The notes beneath the pieces are model-generated. The model did no database searches. It saw nothing but the letters and a program-made list of their open reading frames with translations, and was not told the DNA's origin. From Octopus vulgaris (taxonomy: Eukaryota): 64,000 bases of DNA. The number at the start of each line of letters is the position of its first letter. Position 1 is the stretch's first letter. Of this stretch, positions 40,322 to 53,079 are shown piece by piece. The position numbers and the translations under genes were made by a program. The stretch spans positions 19,654,001-19,718,000 of the forward strand of contig OX597818.1 in assembly GCA_951406725.2 (NCBI GenBank). Direction: 5' to 3'.

Positions 40322-40705
40322 TGGCTGTATGGTTAGAAGTTTGCTTCCCAGCCACATGGTCTTGAGTTCATTGCATGGTACCTTGGACAAGTAATTTCAA
40401 CTATAGCCTTGGACTAGCCAAAGCCTTGAGAGTGGATTTGGTAGACGGAAACTGAAAGAAACTCATTGTATACATGTGTGTGCATGTGTGTGTGTTTGTG
40501 TGTGTGCATGTGTTTTGTGTGTTTGTCCCCCGCCACTATTGTTGTGTTTACATCCCCATAACTTAGCAGTTCAGCAAAAGAGACTGATAGAATAAGTACC
40601 AGACTTTAAAAAAAATAAGTACTAGGATTGATTCATTTGACTAAAAATTCTTCAAGGCAGTGCCCCAGCATGGCCACAGTCAAATGACTAAAACAAGTAA
40701 AAGAT
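40322..40705 (+). mobile_element. tRNA-derived SINE, second family (partial copy also at 39993-40145)
   Basis: tggctgtatggt head, gtggatttggtagacggaaactgaaagaa, internal GT repeat, conserved tail. Confidence 0.8.
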
Positions 40706-40752
40706 ATAATTACACACACATTTACGTACACACGCACACACACACACACACA

Positions 40753-40785
<33 letters not shown>

Positions 40786-42046
40786 GAAGACCAACCTCCG
40801 GATGTTGAACCTCAAGGAGGGGTTGACAAAGGTCTGATATGATTGATAATATACTGTGCTCAAGAAAACCTGGTCATGGCAATCTCAGCAAAAATTAAAA
40901 TTAGGTCCTAAAAGCATATTATTTATGTCTTTTTCCCTAAACCCAATCTATCCCTGTCAAGCCTTCTTCTCCAACAACTCATTTTCCTCACACACATCCC
41001 TTCTTTTTTTTTTTTTAATACAGTGCTATTTACCCAATTGCTGTAATTATATGAGATAAAACTGCACATACTCCATACCGCTCCCCTTTTGTGATACCAT
41101 TTATCCCTCCCCTTGGGATCACTGCCTGTATCACCTATCCCACATTCTTACCTCTTTACTTTCCTCCAAATGCCTTATACCTTATAGCTTTGAACAACCT
41201 CTTTTACCTGCCTTCAATGATTCCCTCCCCACCCACTCTCTTCATCACTTGCAATTTCCACCCCTATGATCCTCTGATCTCCATCTCTGTCCCTGTCTAT
41301 CCCTCTCTCTCCTGTCCCACACTTCACAGATCCCTATTTCTCATCTATCAATAGTTTTGTACTGTTACTCTCCACTGCCTTTTTTCTTTTGTATTGTCAC
41401 TTATCAACTTCTCTTCCCTGTCCCACTCCTGTTTCCTTCACCTTCCACCCCGAATTGGTACTCACCATTGCCCACACCTCCAATCCTGTTCACCATTCAT
41501 TGCAGTCACCTATAACCATCTGTCTCTCTCTTGTCATACTCTCACAAACTTACCTACCATCCCATTCTTTCCAAAAATTTCTGTGCTGGTGTCACGTAAA
41601 AAAAAGCACACATGCCAGCACTGCATAAAGAGCCCACATGCCAGCACCACATGAGAAGCAGCCATACGAGCACCATGTTAAAATCACCTATGCTGGCACC
41701 ACGGAGATAGTTCTCCGGTGCTAAGACCACCAGATCACATGATTTTGATTTTGTTTGGTCTTGTCACTGATGGACACTCGACCACTAAAGGCTGCAGAGA
41801 TTCATCTCCCCACCAGGTGCTGGTGTCAGGATTAACCTGCTGGCTTGTTAAAAATATATATATTAGCAACAGAGGCAGTATTGATACTGAGAGATATTTA
41901 TCCCCACCTGAATGCAAATGTTCTGTTAGAACAAACTATACTGTGGCAGGATGCCATGAGAATATTCAAATGGATACTCATAAAGATGCTATTATTGTTA
42001 TTATCAGTGGCAAATCTATATATATATTATTATATATATATATTAT

Positions 42047-42108
<62 letters not shown>

Positions 42109-42124
42109 TGTGTGTGTGTGTGAA

Positions 42125-42289
42125 GGAGTGGCTGCGTGGCAAGTAGCTTGCTTACCAACCACATGGTTCCAGGTTCAGTCCCACTGTGTGGCACCTTGGA
42201 CAAGTGTCTTCTACTATAGCATCGGGCTGACCAAAGCCTTGTGACTGGATTTGGTAGACGGAAACTGAAAGATGCCCATCGTATATATG

Positions 42290-42320
<31 letters not shown>

Positions 42321-42525
42321 TTGTGTGTCTGTGTTTGTACCCCCAACATTGCTTGACAACCGATGCTGGTGTGTTTACGTCCCCGTCACTAGCAGTTTGG
42401 CAAAAGAGACCAATAGAGTAATTACTAGGCTTACGAAGAATAAGTCCTGGGGTCGATTTGCTCGACTAAAGGTGGTGCTCCAGCATGGCCACAGTCAAAT
42501 GACTGAAACAAATAAAAGAGTAAAA
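42125..42525 (+). mobile_element. tRNA-derived SINE, second family, full length
   Basis: ggagtggctgcgtggcaagtag...ggttcagtccc head through the gactgaaacaaataaaagagtaaaa tail. Confidence 0.88.
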
Positions 42526-42540
42526 AAAGAGATATATATA

Positions 42541-42945
42541 TATTCGTACAGTCAGCTTGAGAGTGGGCACAGGAATGTTGGTTGACCATGGCTCAGATAT
42601 AAGGACAAGCTGAAGAGTACACTCTTGGAGATGAAAATAGCTCACAACACCTTTGGGCAAACAGCCTTGGTACGAACAGAATGGAGATTGTTGTATCAAA
42701 ATGGTAATAAAAACTTTGATGCAGCCAGCATTAACAAGCTTTGGGGTGCAAGGCAAAGGAGAAAAGGGGCTGCAAATATACCACCTATACTGACCTGTAA
42801 TCCTCAAACTTGCAACATCTGTGGCCTTCCTTGCAAATCATTGGTGGGACTTAAATGTAGCATTCGACATAAGCATTATGACTGACAAAGAACGAGTATG
42901 TTGTCAGAGCCTCATACATCAAAACCGACGAGAGAGTCCATCATA
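42541..42945 (+). pseudogene. 3' remnant of an RTE/BovB-like LINE ORF
   Basis: YSQLESGHRNVG*PWLRYKDKLKSTL ... RTEWR ... TCNICGLPCKSLVGLK..IRHKH, as in RTE C-termini. Confidence 0.7.
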
Positions 42946-43147
42946 TATACATATATATATACATATATTTATTTTTATTTTATTTTTATTTTATCTAGTT
43001 TCAACTTATGAGCTGTGGCCATGCCAAGGCACTGCCATTTGGTGTTGCTTTGTAATTTTACTTCACAAATGCTTTTTAGGAATTGACATTTGGTGCACCT
43101 CCTTCCGCAAATTTGGTTCATCTGGGACACTTGACAGAAAGAGGTCC

Positions 43148-43212
<65 letters not shown>

Positions 43213-43213
<1 letters not shown>

Positions 43214-44400
43214 TAGCTGAAGGTGACCCGCTCTACACGCGGGTAAGAGTGTGGTTGTTACTTTCTGTTGCTTCCTTTCAGCACCGTAAAAAGCACCATC
43301 CGAACGTGGCCGATTGCAGCGCCGCCTTGACTGGCTTCTGTGCCGGTAGCACGTAAAAAGCACCAACCAATCGTGGCTGCTGCCAGCCCCCCTGGCACCT
43401 GTGCCGGCGGCACGAAAAAAGCACCCACTACGCTCACAGAATGGTTGGCGTTAGGAAGGGCATCCACCTGTAGAAACACTGCCAGATCAGACTGGAGCCT
43501 GGTGCAGCCTCCTGGCTTCCCAGACCCTGGTCAAACTGTCCAACCTGTGCTAGCACGGAAAACGGACGTTAAACGATGATGATGATGATGATGATTTCCC
43601 TCTTTGTTTCTCTCTCCTTTCTCTCTCGCTTTCCCACTCTCTTAATTTTCTTTTCTCTCGGACTCTCCCTCGCTTTCTCTTACTCTCTGTCTTTATCTAT
43701 CTCTCTCCCATTTATAAACAACAGAAGATCTTGAGTAAGTTGAGAAATAAAATATTTAGAAAGATCAATCATAAATATCAGGCAGTGGCAACGGAAAGGT
43801 CTGCTTCAAGGCAGACAGCAAAACGCTAACATTTAAAAGGGACAGACGAACTTGCGAGCTGAATAAAAATAATAAAATATTGGAAACCAAAGTTTGAAGG
43901 GATAGAATTCTGAGGATAGTAGAGTCACCATGGCTGGCATTTCTTAACGACGGACAGCAACGTATTGACAGTTTAACGGCTGGCGTAAAATTTTGAACTT
44001 GATGTAAAAGAAAATTCATAAACACCAAGTTTTGAAGTGATTCTTTCTCACGACAGTAGACTCACCATGGCAAGCATTCAAAACTTCTTCATCATGGACG
44101 GCAACACATTGACGATTAAAAGGCTGGCGCAAATTTTTTAGCTTGATGTAACAGAGAATTCCTAAACACTCGCTCCTTTAAATTTTAATCCCCTTCCAGC
44201 CCCATTTAGACCCCTTTTCACATTTTGGTTAATATAACCCGATTTCATTCGGGTCTTCTGGGGCCACATTTTATAAGATGAGGAATTTTGTCCTAGAGGT
44301 CACGTCTTTCATTTGAGGAAAAAAATAGTTGTCATGCAAACTTGCCAGCACTTTTAACATAGGTGTGCATATTTTCAGCTGAACCGACCGACCACATAAT
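43213..44400 (-). mobile_element. Probable Helitron-type element; 5' boundary uncertain; contains an RTE 3' fragment at 43279-43595 (+)
   Basis: The minus strand ends with hairpin cccgcgtgtagagcggg, then tcaccttcagCTAG|T in a TA run. Confidence 0.55.
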
Positions 44401-44406
44401 GCACAC

Positions 44407-44470
<64 letters not shown>

Positions 44471-45196
44471 ACGCATTATATATACAAATTATATATATAT
44501 ATGTATAAATTAAATTAGAGATAAAACCACTAATAGGCAAATGAAACAGTAAAAAAACCAAAAACAAAAACATAAAAATAAAAATATAATATAGAAAATA
44601 TATAAAATATAAAATTGAAAAATTTAAATTATTTAAATTGAAAATAAAAATTATTAAATTATATTTATAATTTGTTTAAAAATATATATAACTATCAAAA
44701 AGTATTAAAAAGTTTAATATACATAAATACAGATATATACACTTTGTATATATACATTATATATACATATTTATATATCGAACACACACACACACACACA
44801 CACATATATAAATGAACGCAATAAATATCTGATTCATAATATTTGTTCTCATGATTGTGTGTTGTTTGTGGCGATGATAATTCTCTCTATGAATGCAGAC
44901 AGATACATAAAAGAACGCCGTCTGACGAACTTATAAAGGGAAACTGAAGGGGAGTTAGAGGGGAATGGAGGAAATAGTGTGAGTGAGTGAGGAAGACATA
45001 TACGTAAAAGAACGGGAGTGGACTTGTCAAAGTGGGTTTTTGGCCCCTAGCAATGACACCTTTTAAGATAGGGATTTCTAAGGTAGCCCACGGGCATCGT
45101 CACCTCATTTTACATGTCCCTGTAAATTTTGGAGTGAATCGGACGGGATGTCGTGGCCTTGAAAGTGATCCAAGTGGTAAAAACGCATTTCAGTTT

Positions 45197-45246
<50 letters not shown>

Positions 45247-45249
<3 letters not shown>

Positions 45250-45739
45250 GAAATATTAAAATTACTAAGTCTCTCTAAAAGAGAACAACGGCAGCGTTCC
45301 CGGAAAATATTAGTTATCGCCATACTAATATGGCATTCTTATAAAAATAAGAATAAAGCTGACCGCTTATTAGCTCCATGAGGCCATCGCCTTAAGTTAG
45401 CTATTCGATACACAAACTGTATCCATATAACCTTTGAACAAGGGAGGTCAGTCGCTCCACACTACTTGGCCGGCAGCTACAGACGCGTTTCGGGGTATTG
45501 CCCCTTTCCAATGCAGCGTAGCCAGACCAGTAGGTGTCGCTTCTGACAATCTCTGTTCAAAGGTTTTATTTACCTAGCTTCGGCCAAGTAGTGTGGAGCG
45601 ACTGACCTCCCTTGTTCAAAGGTTATATGGATACAGTTTGTGTATCAAATAGCTAACTTAAGGCGATGGCCTCATGGAGCTAATAAGCGGTCAGCTTTAT
45701 TCTTATTTTTATAAGAATGACATATTAGTATGGCGATAA

Positions 45740-45746
<7 letters not shown>
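45247..45746. mobile_element. Penelope-like inverted pseudo-LTR structure; arms 45307-45479 and 45575-45746
   Basis: About 170-bp near-perfect inverted arms between TA runs, with a degenerate hammerhead motif at the centre. Confidence 0.65.
45476..45517 (-). ncRNA. Degenerate minimal type I hammerhead ribozyme
   Basis: GCTGCA-TTGGAAA-GGGG CAATA CCCC-GAAAC GC GTC-TGTAGC. Stems I-III are present; the CUGANGA box is mutated. Confidence 0.6.
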
Positions 45747-45781
<35 letters not shown>

Positions 45782-45786
45782 CATAC

Positions 45787-45897
<111 letters not shown>

Positions 45898-45945
45898 GGT
45901 GCCCCAGCATGGCTACAGCTTGTGAGCTGAAACTAGATAAAATAA

Positions 45946-46026
<81 letters not shown>

Positions 46027-46675
46027 AAATATAGTCTGTTTTACCTGTCACTCATCTGGCAAGCAGGCAGGCAGCTACAGAAATGCTTCATAGAGACTTC
46101 TCATCATATGTGGTATTCCACCAAGTTACTTAATCATTGGCCCCCAAGGATCATTGTGGATGAAGATGAAGGATGAGAAAAAGGTATAGAAAGGAAAAGA
46201 ATTTACTCATATATGTTGCATTCTGACTAACTTCCTGCCATATCATAGTGCTACTCTTGAAAAGGAGCCCAAATTTTTTAAGAAATGTTCACATGTATTT
46301 TTAGGACAATCTGAAAGCTGCTTAAAAATAACTGTGATTCATTTCTTCAACATATCTTCTAGTTTCTATTAATAGGATAAATATAGAGATAACTACAGTG
46401 CGCTGGTATGAAATTGATTAAGCAAAGAAGACAGAGAAGAGATATGAGAGCTGGAAGCGGGAGGGGGCACAGAGTGGGTGTTAGAGAAGGAAGGAGATAA
46501 AGAAGAGCTCTAGGATTGATTTGAAGTTTTAGATATGTATTGGATGAGGTTTTTACTACCATGAGCAATGACCTTCAAAGATAATATATACACAGCTTTG
46601 AGTTATATACATACATGCATAGATACATAAATATATGCACATTTTTATATGTATGGGTCGGTGTATATGTGTATG

Positions 46676-46716
<41 letters not shown>

Positions 46717-46718
<2 letters not shown>

Positions 46719-46968
46719 TAAATGCACCCTTTTAAAGCCTAGCCAGGCTCATGGGCCTGGTTTCCCGGTTTCTATGGCGTATGGGTTCCCCAGCTGGACG
46801 GGACGCCAGTCCATCGCAGCGTTACTCATTTTTGCCAGCTGAGTGGACTGGAGCAATGTGAAATGAAGTGTTTTGCTCAAGAACACAACGTGTCACCCGG
46901 TCCAGGAATCGAAACCACAATCTTACGATTATGATGCTGACACCCTAACCACTAAGCCACGCGCCTCC
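46717..46968 (-). mobile_element. tRNA-derived CORE-type SINE
   Basis: Minus strand starts ggaggcgcgtggcttagtggttagggtg, with B box ggtttcgattcc and CORE-like ttgagcaaaacacttcatttc. Confidence 0.75.
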
Positions 46969-47229
46969 ACATATATGTATATATATATTTTAGGAAGCTA
47001 AAATTTATGGCCAGTCATAGAGTAACCATTGGTTTTGCGGCTATAAAGTGTTGAGTAGTATAGATGACTCATCAGACTCAAATTGAGCCATTTGAGTCTA
47101 ACGAGTTGCATATACTGCTAATCACTTTATAGGTGCAAAACCAAATGCCATAAAATTTTAACTTTCTAAAAAAATTTATTACTGCTCCAATGCTTTTAGA
47201 GTGTGCTTCTTTATCTAATATATAAACAA

Positions 47230-47620
47230 CTGGTTGTGTGGTAAGAAGCTTGCTTCCCAACCATTTGGTTCTGGGTTCAGTCCTACTGCATGGCACCTTG
47301 GGTAAGTGTCTTCTACTATAACCTCAGGCCAACCAAAGCCTTGTGAGTGGATTTGGTAGGCAGAAACTGAAAGAAGCTTATTGTATGCGTGCGTGTCGGT
47401 GTGTGTCTTTGTGTCTGTGTTTGCCCCCCCCCCCCCATCACCACTTGACAATTGGTGTTGGTGTGTTTACATCCCCATAACTGAGACGTTTGGCAAAAGA
47501 GACCAATGGAATACGTTCTAGGCTTAAAAAATAAGTCCTGGGGTTGATTTGCTTGACTAAAACCCTTCAAGGCAGTGCCCCAGCATGGCCGCAGTCAAAT
47601 GACGGAAACAAGTAAAAGAT
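47230..47620 (+). mobile_element. tRNA-derived SINE, second family
   Basis: Same head, body and tail as 42125-42525. Confidence 0.85.
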
Positions 47621-47631
47621 ATGTACATATA

Positions 47632-48275
47632 CAGTGGTGGGCAACCAAAAAGTTAGCTTCGCTAACCACTAATCTGCTAACTAAAACAGTTAGCTTTGCA
47701 AACGCTAAACCACTAAACAGGTAAAAAGATTAGTGGAAGCTAATACTTACTGATAACCACTAACTTTTATCATATGAATTTAGCTTCAGTTTGGATTTTT
47801 GGCTCAAAAACCCTTAAAAACCGACCAAGAGGGCTGACATTTTCATGTTGTAGCTTAGACATAGAGCTTTTCAAAAAAGTGTAGCATGCCAAGATCAGAT
47901 GATGATCAGGATGTACTACTCTGGCTGGGCCTTTTGCCCTTCATAAACATCAGCGGCTCAAAGTTACCATCTGACAGGGTGGCTCTCTTGGCCCTCAAAA
48001 TACCATTACCTATAGTGAATAGGCTCTCAACTGCAGCACTGGATGTATGGCGGTGTTATACTTGGTGAACAGGTCGATCAAGACCTGCTCACCCAAAAAG
48101 GCAACTTCAGTCAGGACCTCCTTCAAGAAAGCCTCTAGCCAGTTCTTCACCAAGTTCTCCACCTTGGATTTCAGTGACCTGTGGCTCCTGCTCTCCCAGA
48201 ATTGAGTGATGTTGCTGAAGAAATCATCTTTCTCATCCTCATTGCTGGTGGTTCTGCTGTCTTCCTCATTGCCTT
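47632..48275 (-). mobile_element. hAT transposon 3' remnant with the C-terminal dimerisation domain
   Basis: End CAGTGGTGGGCAA at 47632; the minus strand reads LFTKYNTAI/SSAAVESLFTIGNGILRAKRATLSDGNFEPLMFMKG across one frameshift. Confidence 0.8.
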
Positions 48276-48544
48276 CCTTATAAACCTTGGGTAAATTTCC
48301 AATTTGCCCCCACCCATACATAGTATTCAAATGCAATATTGCCATGCAATAGAAAGCACTTGGTTAAAAATATGTAGGTACACATCCAGTAGTATATTGG
48401 ATTTTAATAACACTTAGATGGTTTCTTAACCTCTAACTCATACAGACATATGTATATGTATGTATATATAATACATATATGTATGTGTATGTATATATAA
48501 TATGTATATGTATATCCCATGGAGGGTTGCATTTACAACCCCTA

Positions 48545-48950
48545 GTGGCTGTGTGGTAAGTAGCTTGCCTACCAACCACATGGTTCTGGGTTCAATCCCA
48601 CTGCGTGGCATCTTGGGCAAGTGTCTTCTGCTATAGCCCCGGGCCGACCAATGCCTTGTGAGTGGATTTGGTAGACGGAAACTGAAAGAAGCCTGTCGTA
48701 TATATGTATATATATATGTATGTATATGTTTGTGTGTCTGTGTTTGTCCCTCTAGCATTGCTTGACAACCAATGCTGGTGTGTTTACGTCCCCGTCACTT
48801 AGCGGTTCGGCAAAAGAGACCGATAGAATAAGTACTGGGCTTACAAAGAATAAGTCCCGGGGTCGATTTGCTCGACTAAAGGCGGTGCTCCAGCATGGCC
48901 GCAGTCAAATGACTGAAACAAGTAAAAGAGTAAAAGAGTAAAAAGAGAGT
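48545..48950 (+). mobile_element. tRNA-derived SINE, second family
   Basis: Full head to (gtaaaaga)n tail. Confidence 0.9.
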
Positions 48951-49035
48951 ATATATATATACACACACACATATATATATATATACATATACATATGTAT
49001 AATATATATATATATGTACATATATATATACATAC

Positions 49036-49108
<73 letters not shown>

Positions 49109-49111
<3 letters not shown>

Positions 49112-51405
49112 TCATCATCATCATCATCATTTAGCGTCCGTTTTCCATGCTAGCATGGGTTGGACAGTTCTGCTGGGGTCTGTGAAGCCAGAAGGCTTCA
49201 TCAGGCCCAGTCAAATCTGGCAGTGTTTCTACGGCTGGATGCCCTTCCTAACGCCAACCACTCCGTGAGTGTAGTGGGTGCTTTTTACGTGCCACCCGCA
49301 CTGGTGCCAGACAGAGCTGGCAAACGGCCACGAACGGATGGTGCTTTTTATGTGCCACCGGCACGAGGGCCAGGCGAGGCTGGCAACGGACACGAAACGG
49401 GGCGGTGCTGGCAACGGTCGCGTAACGGAAAATTCTCTTACATGCCACCGGCACTGGTAACACATCTGCAATTTCCATTGATCGATTTCCATTGATTGAT
49501 TTCGATTCTGATCCTCACTTGCCTCAATGGGTCTTCACAAGCAGAGTTTCGACATGCCACCGGCACTGGTAGCACATCCGCAATTTCCATTGATCGATTT
49601 CGATTCTGATCCTCACTTGCCTCAACACGTCTTCACAAGTAGAGTTTTGTGTCCCAAGAAGGGAAGGTATGCATACGTAGGCTGGCTCCATCCCATGTAG
49701 AAGGCCACGGGTTGTGGACTCACTTGTCCTGCCGGGTCTTCTCGCGCACAGCACACTTCCAGAGGTCTCGGTCTCTAGTCATTTCCTCAGTGAGACCTAA
49801 AGTTCGAAGGTCGTGCTTCACCACCTCGTCCCAGGTTTTCCTGGGTCTGCCTCTTCCACAGGTTCCCTCAACCGCTAGGGCGTGGCACTTTTTTCACAAC
49901 TATCTTCATCCATTCTCGCCACATGACCATACCAGCGCAAACGTCTCTCTTGCACACCACAACTGATGCTTCTTAGGTCCAGCTTTTCTCTCAAGGTACT
50001 TACACTCTGCCGAGTGTGAGTACTGACATTACACATCCATCGGAGCATACTGGCTTCATTTCTAGCGAGCTTACGCATATCCTCAGCAGTCACGGCCCAT
50101 GTTTCACTGCCATGTAGCATGGCTGTTCGTACACACGCATCATACAGTCTGCCTTTCACTCTGTGCGAGAGGCCTTTTGTCACCAGCAGAGGTAAGAGCT
50201 CTCTGAACTTTGCCCAAGCTATTCTTACTCTAGCAGTTACACTTTCAGCACACCCGCCCCCGCTGCTGACTTGGTCACCTAGGTAACGGAAACTATCAAC
50301 TATTTCTAGTTTTTCTCCCTGGAAAGTGACAGAAGTTGGTCTCAGAGCATTTTCAGTGTTTATTGTTCCTGAGCATCTGCCACATACAAAAACCATCTTC
50401 CTAGTTAGCCTTCCTTTGACATTGCTGCATCTCTTATGTGTCCATAGCTTACACTTGGTGCATCTTATAGAGTTTCTACCTACACCTTTTCTACAGATCG
50501 AGCAGGGCCATCTACCTGAAGGTGTTTGTGATTTGTCAACCTTCCTACTGATTACGACTTTGGTTTTAGCTAGATTGACTCTAAGGCCCTTCGATTCTAA
50601 TCCTTGTTTCCACACCTGAAACTTCTCCTCCAGTTCTGATAGCGACTCAGCAATTAGAGCAAGGTCATCAGCATAGAGGAGCTCCCAAGGGCATCCTGTC
50701 TTGAATTCCTCCGTTATTGCCTGGAGGACTATGATAAATAGGAGGGGCTGAGTACTGAGCCTTGGTGGACCCCTACCTCTACCCGGAATTCTTCACTGTA
50801 CTCATTTCCAACCCTCACCCTACTAGCGGCGTCCCTATACATGGCCCGCACAGCTCTCACTAACCATTCATCTATCCCTAGTTTTCTCATTGCCCACCAG
50901 ATAAGGGATCGGGGGACCCTGTCGAAGGCTTTCTCCATGTCAACAAAAGCCAGGTACAGGGGCTTATCTTTGGCTAGGTATTTCTCCTGCAGCTGCCTTA
51001 CCAGGAATATAGCATCAGTAGTACTTTTCCCTGGCACAAACCCAAACTGCATCTCATCTAAACTAACTCTCTCTCTAATTAGTTGGGCTATGACCCTCTC
51101 TGTAACCTTCATCACCTGGTCCAACAGCTTGATACCTCTGTAGTTATTTGTATCTAGGGCATCACCTTTACCTTTGTAGCAGTTGACTATTATACTGCTA
51201 CACCAGTCATTGGGTATGACCCCTTTGTGTATCACCTGATTAACTATATGGGTGACTAGGCTATAGCCAACACTACCAGACATTTTGAGCATCTCTGCAG
51301 TGATTCCTGATGGGCCTGGGGCTTTCCCTGTCTTCATGCTTCTAATTGCCTTAGCTACCACAGAACTATCAACTCGGATAGCTGGTCCCTCTGTTGGGTC
51401 AACAT
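49109..51405 (-). mobile_element. 5'-truncated RTE-clade LINE with frameshifted RT and (GAT)n tail, between (TA)n tracts
   Basis: KAPGPSGI, NYRGIKLL, QFGFVPGKST, FVDMEKAFDRV, QGSVLSP, LLYADDL, FRYLGD, HGSETW and RLRWYGHV motifs. Confidence 0.93.
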
Positions 51406-51743
51406 TATATATATATATATATATATATGTATACAAGATAAGAAAATGGACAAATACATCTAAATCAATTGATTTAGATGTATTTCTCCATTTTCTTATC
51501 TTGTATTAGTAATTTGTGGTAAATCATTTTACCTTTGCCCATATAATACAGTAAATGAATTAATTGCACCGGAATCATTAACATTTATGTATTAACTTTG
51601 TTGGGTACTTCACTAGCAGTATTTTGGATATATGTTATCCCATGGAGGGTTGCATTTACAACCCCTATCTCAATTTGTAACTATATGTATGTATATATAT
51701 TTGTATATATATTTGTATATATATTTATGCATATATATATTTA

Positions 51744-51785
<42 letters not shown>

Positions 51786-52360
51786 ACCTTCGAATGTTAG
51801 GCCCCACAGAAGCAATGGCATGTCACCAAAACCTTTTGGAAATGTGCTGTGCATGAGAAGACCCAGCAAGCGAAGTCAGACTGTAGCTGTGGTCTGTGCC
51901 ATTGCAGCATGGCCAGCCCATTTAAGAGTGCTCTTCAATCATTGGACAATAAACTGCGCTTGTAAGGGCCTGTTGAGTCAGGTGAAGTCATTGTCATGGC
52001 TGAGTGCAGTACCACCTGGTTGGCACCCGGGCCGGTGGCATGTGGGAGGGACCTTTAAGAATGGTCAAAGCCAGTACTGCCTGAGTGGTCCTGTGCTGGT
52101 GGCACATGGGAAGCTCCAGTTGAGTATGATCATTGCCAGTGCAGTCTGACTGGCTTCCGTGCCGGTGGCACATAAAAAGCACTCACTACACTCTCAGAGT
52201 GGTCAGCCTTAGGAAGTGCATTCATCTGTAGAAACTTTGCCAGGTAAGTTTGGATCCTAGTACAGCCTTCTGGCTTTCCAGTCCACAGTCAAACTGTCCA
52301 ACTCATACCAGTATGGAAAGCAGACGTTAAAAGACGATGATGATGATGATGATGATGATG
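51786..52360 (+). mobile_element. Diverged RTE 3' UTR-related fragment with (GAT)n tail
   Basis: aaaaagcactcactacactctcagagtggt...gacgttaaaagacgatgatgat. Confidence 0.7.
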
Positions 52361-52858
52361 AAAATGTTGATATATAGACATGTATATGTGTGTGTGTACA
52401 CCCCATAATTGTCTATAGATGTTTCATCTTCCAAAGTCATGACTCTTAACAGTAGAAGCACCTCCAATGCATATCTAAATCTCCAAGTCAAATTTATCTT
52501 CTCTTAATCTCTCACCTCTCACTCTCTATGTCTCTCCTACTCCCTCTCCCTCTCTCTCTTTCTCTCTCTTTCTCACACACATTCACACACACACACAAAC
52601 ACATACCTGCCTTTCAACTATCATCATCATAGTTTTAATATTCACTTTTCCATGCGTCAGACGATGATGGTTGTAAATCAGCCTTGTTCATTTACAATCT
52701 TCTGTGAAAAACATGTCTGGCCAAGAGAAAGCATTACCTTTGTAGGTAACAGGCATGGGTCGGTGAGAGGAAAGCCATCTGGCTATAGAAAATCTGCCTC
52801 ATTGAACTCCATTCGGTTCCTGTAAACATAATAAAGTGAATGTTGAGATGTGACTGTA

Positions 52859-52950
<92 letters not shown>

Positions 52951-53042
52951 CAGACAGACATATAGACAGACAGACAGACAGACAGATAGACAGATAGATA
53001 GGCAGAAAGAAAGAAAGAAAGGCTAGATGAATAGAAAGAAAA

Positions 53043-53079
<37 letters not shown>

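Noticed and set aside
44915-44965. CTGACGA...GAAAC hammerhead candidate
   Set aside because: Stem I cannot form and stem II is weak.
47010-47080. Minus-strand CTGATGA-GTCAT...ATGAC hammerhead candidate
   Set aside because: The stem is not followed by the GAAA box.
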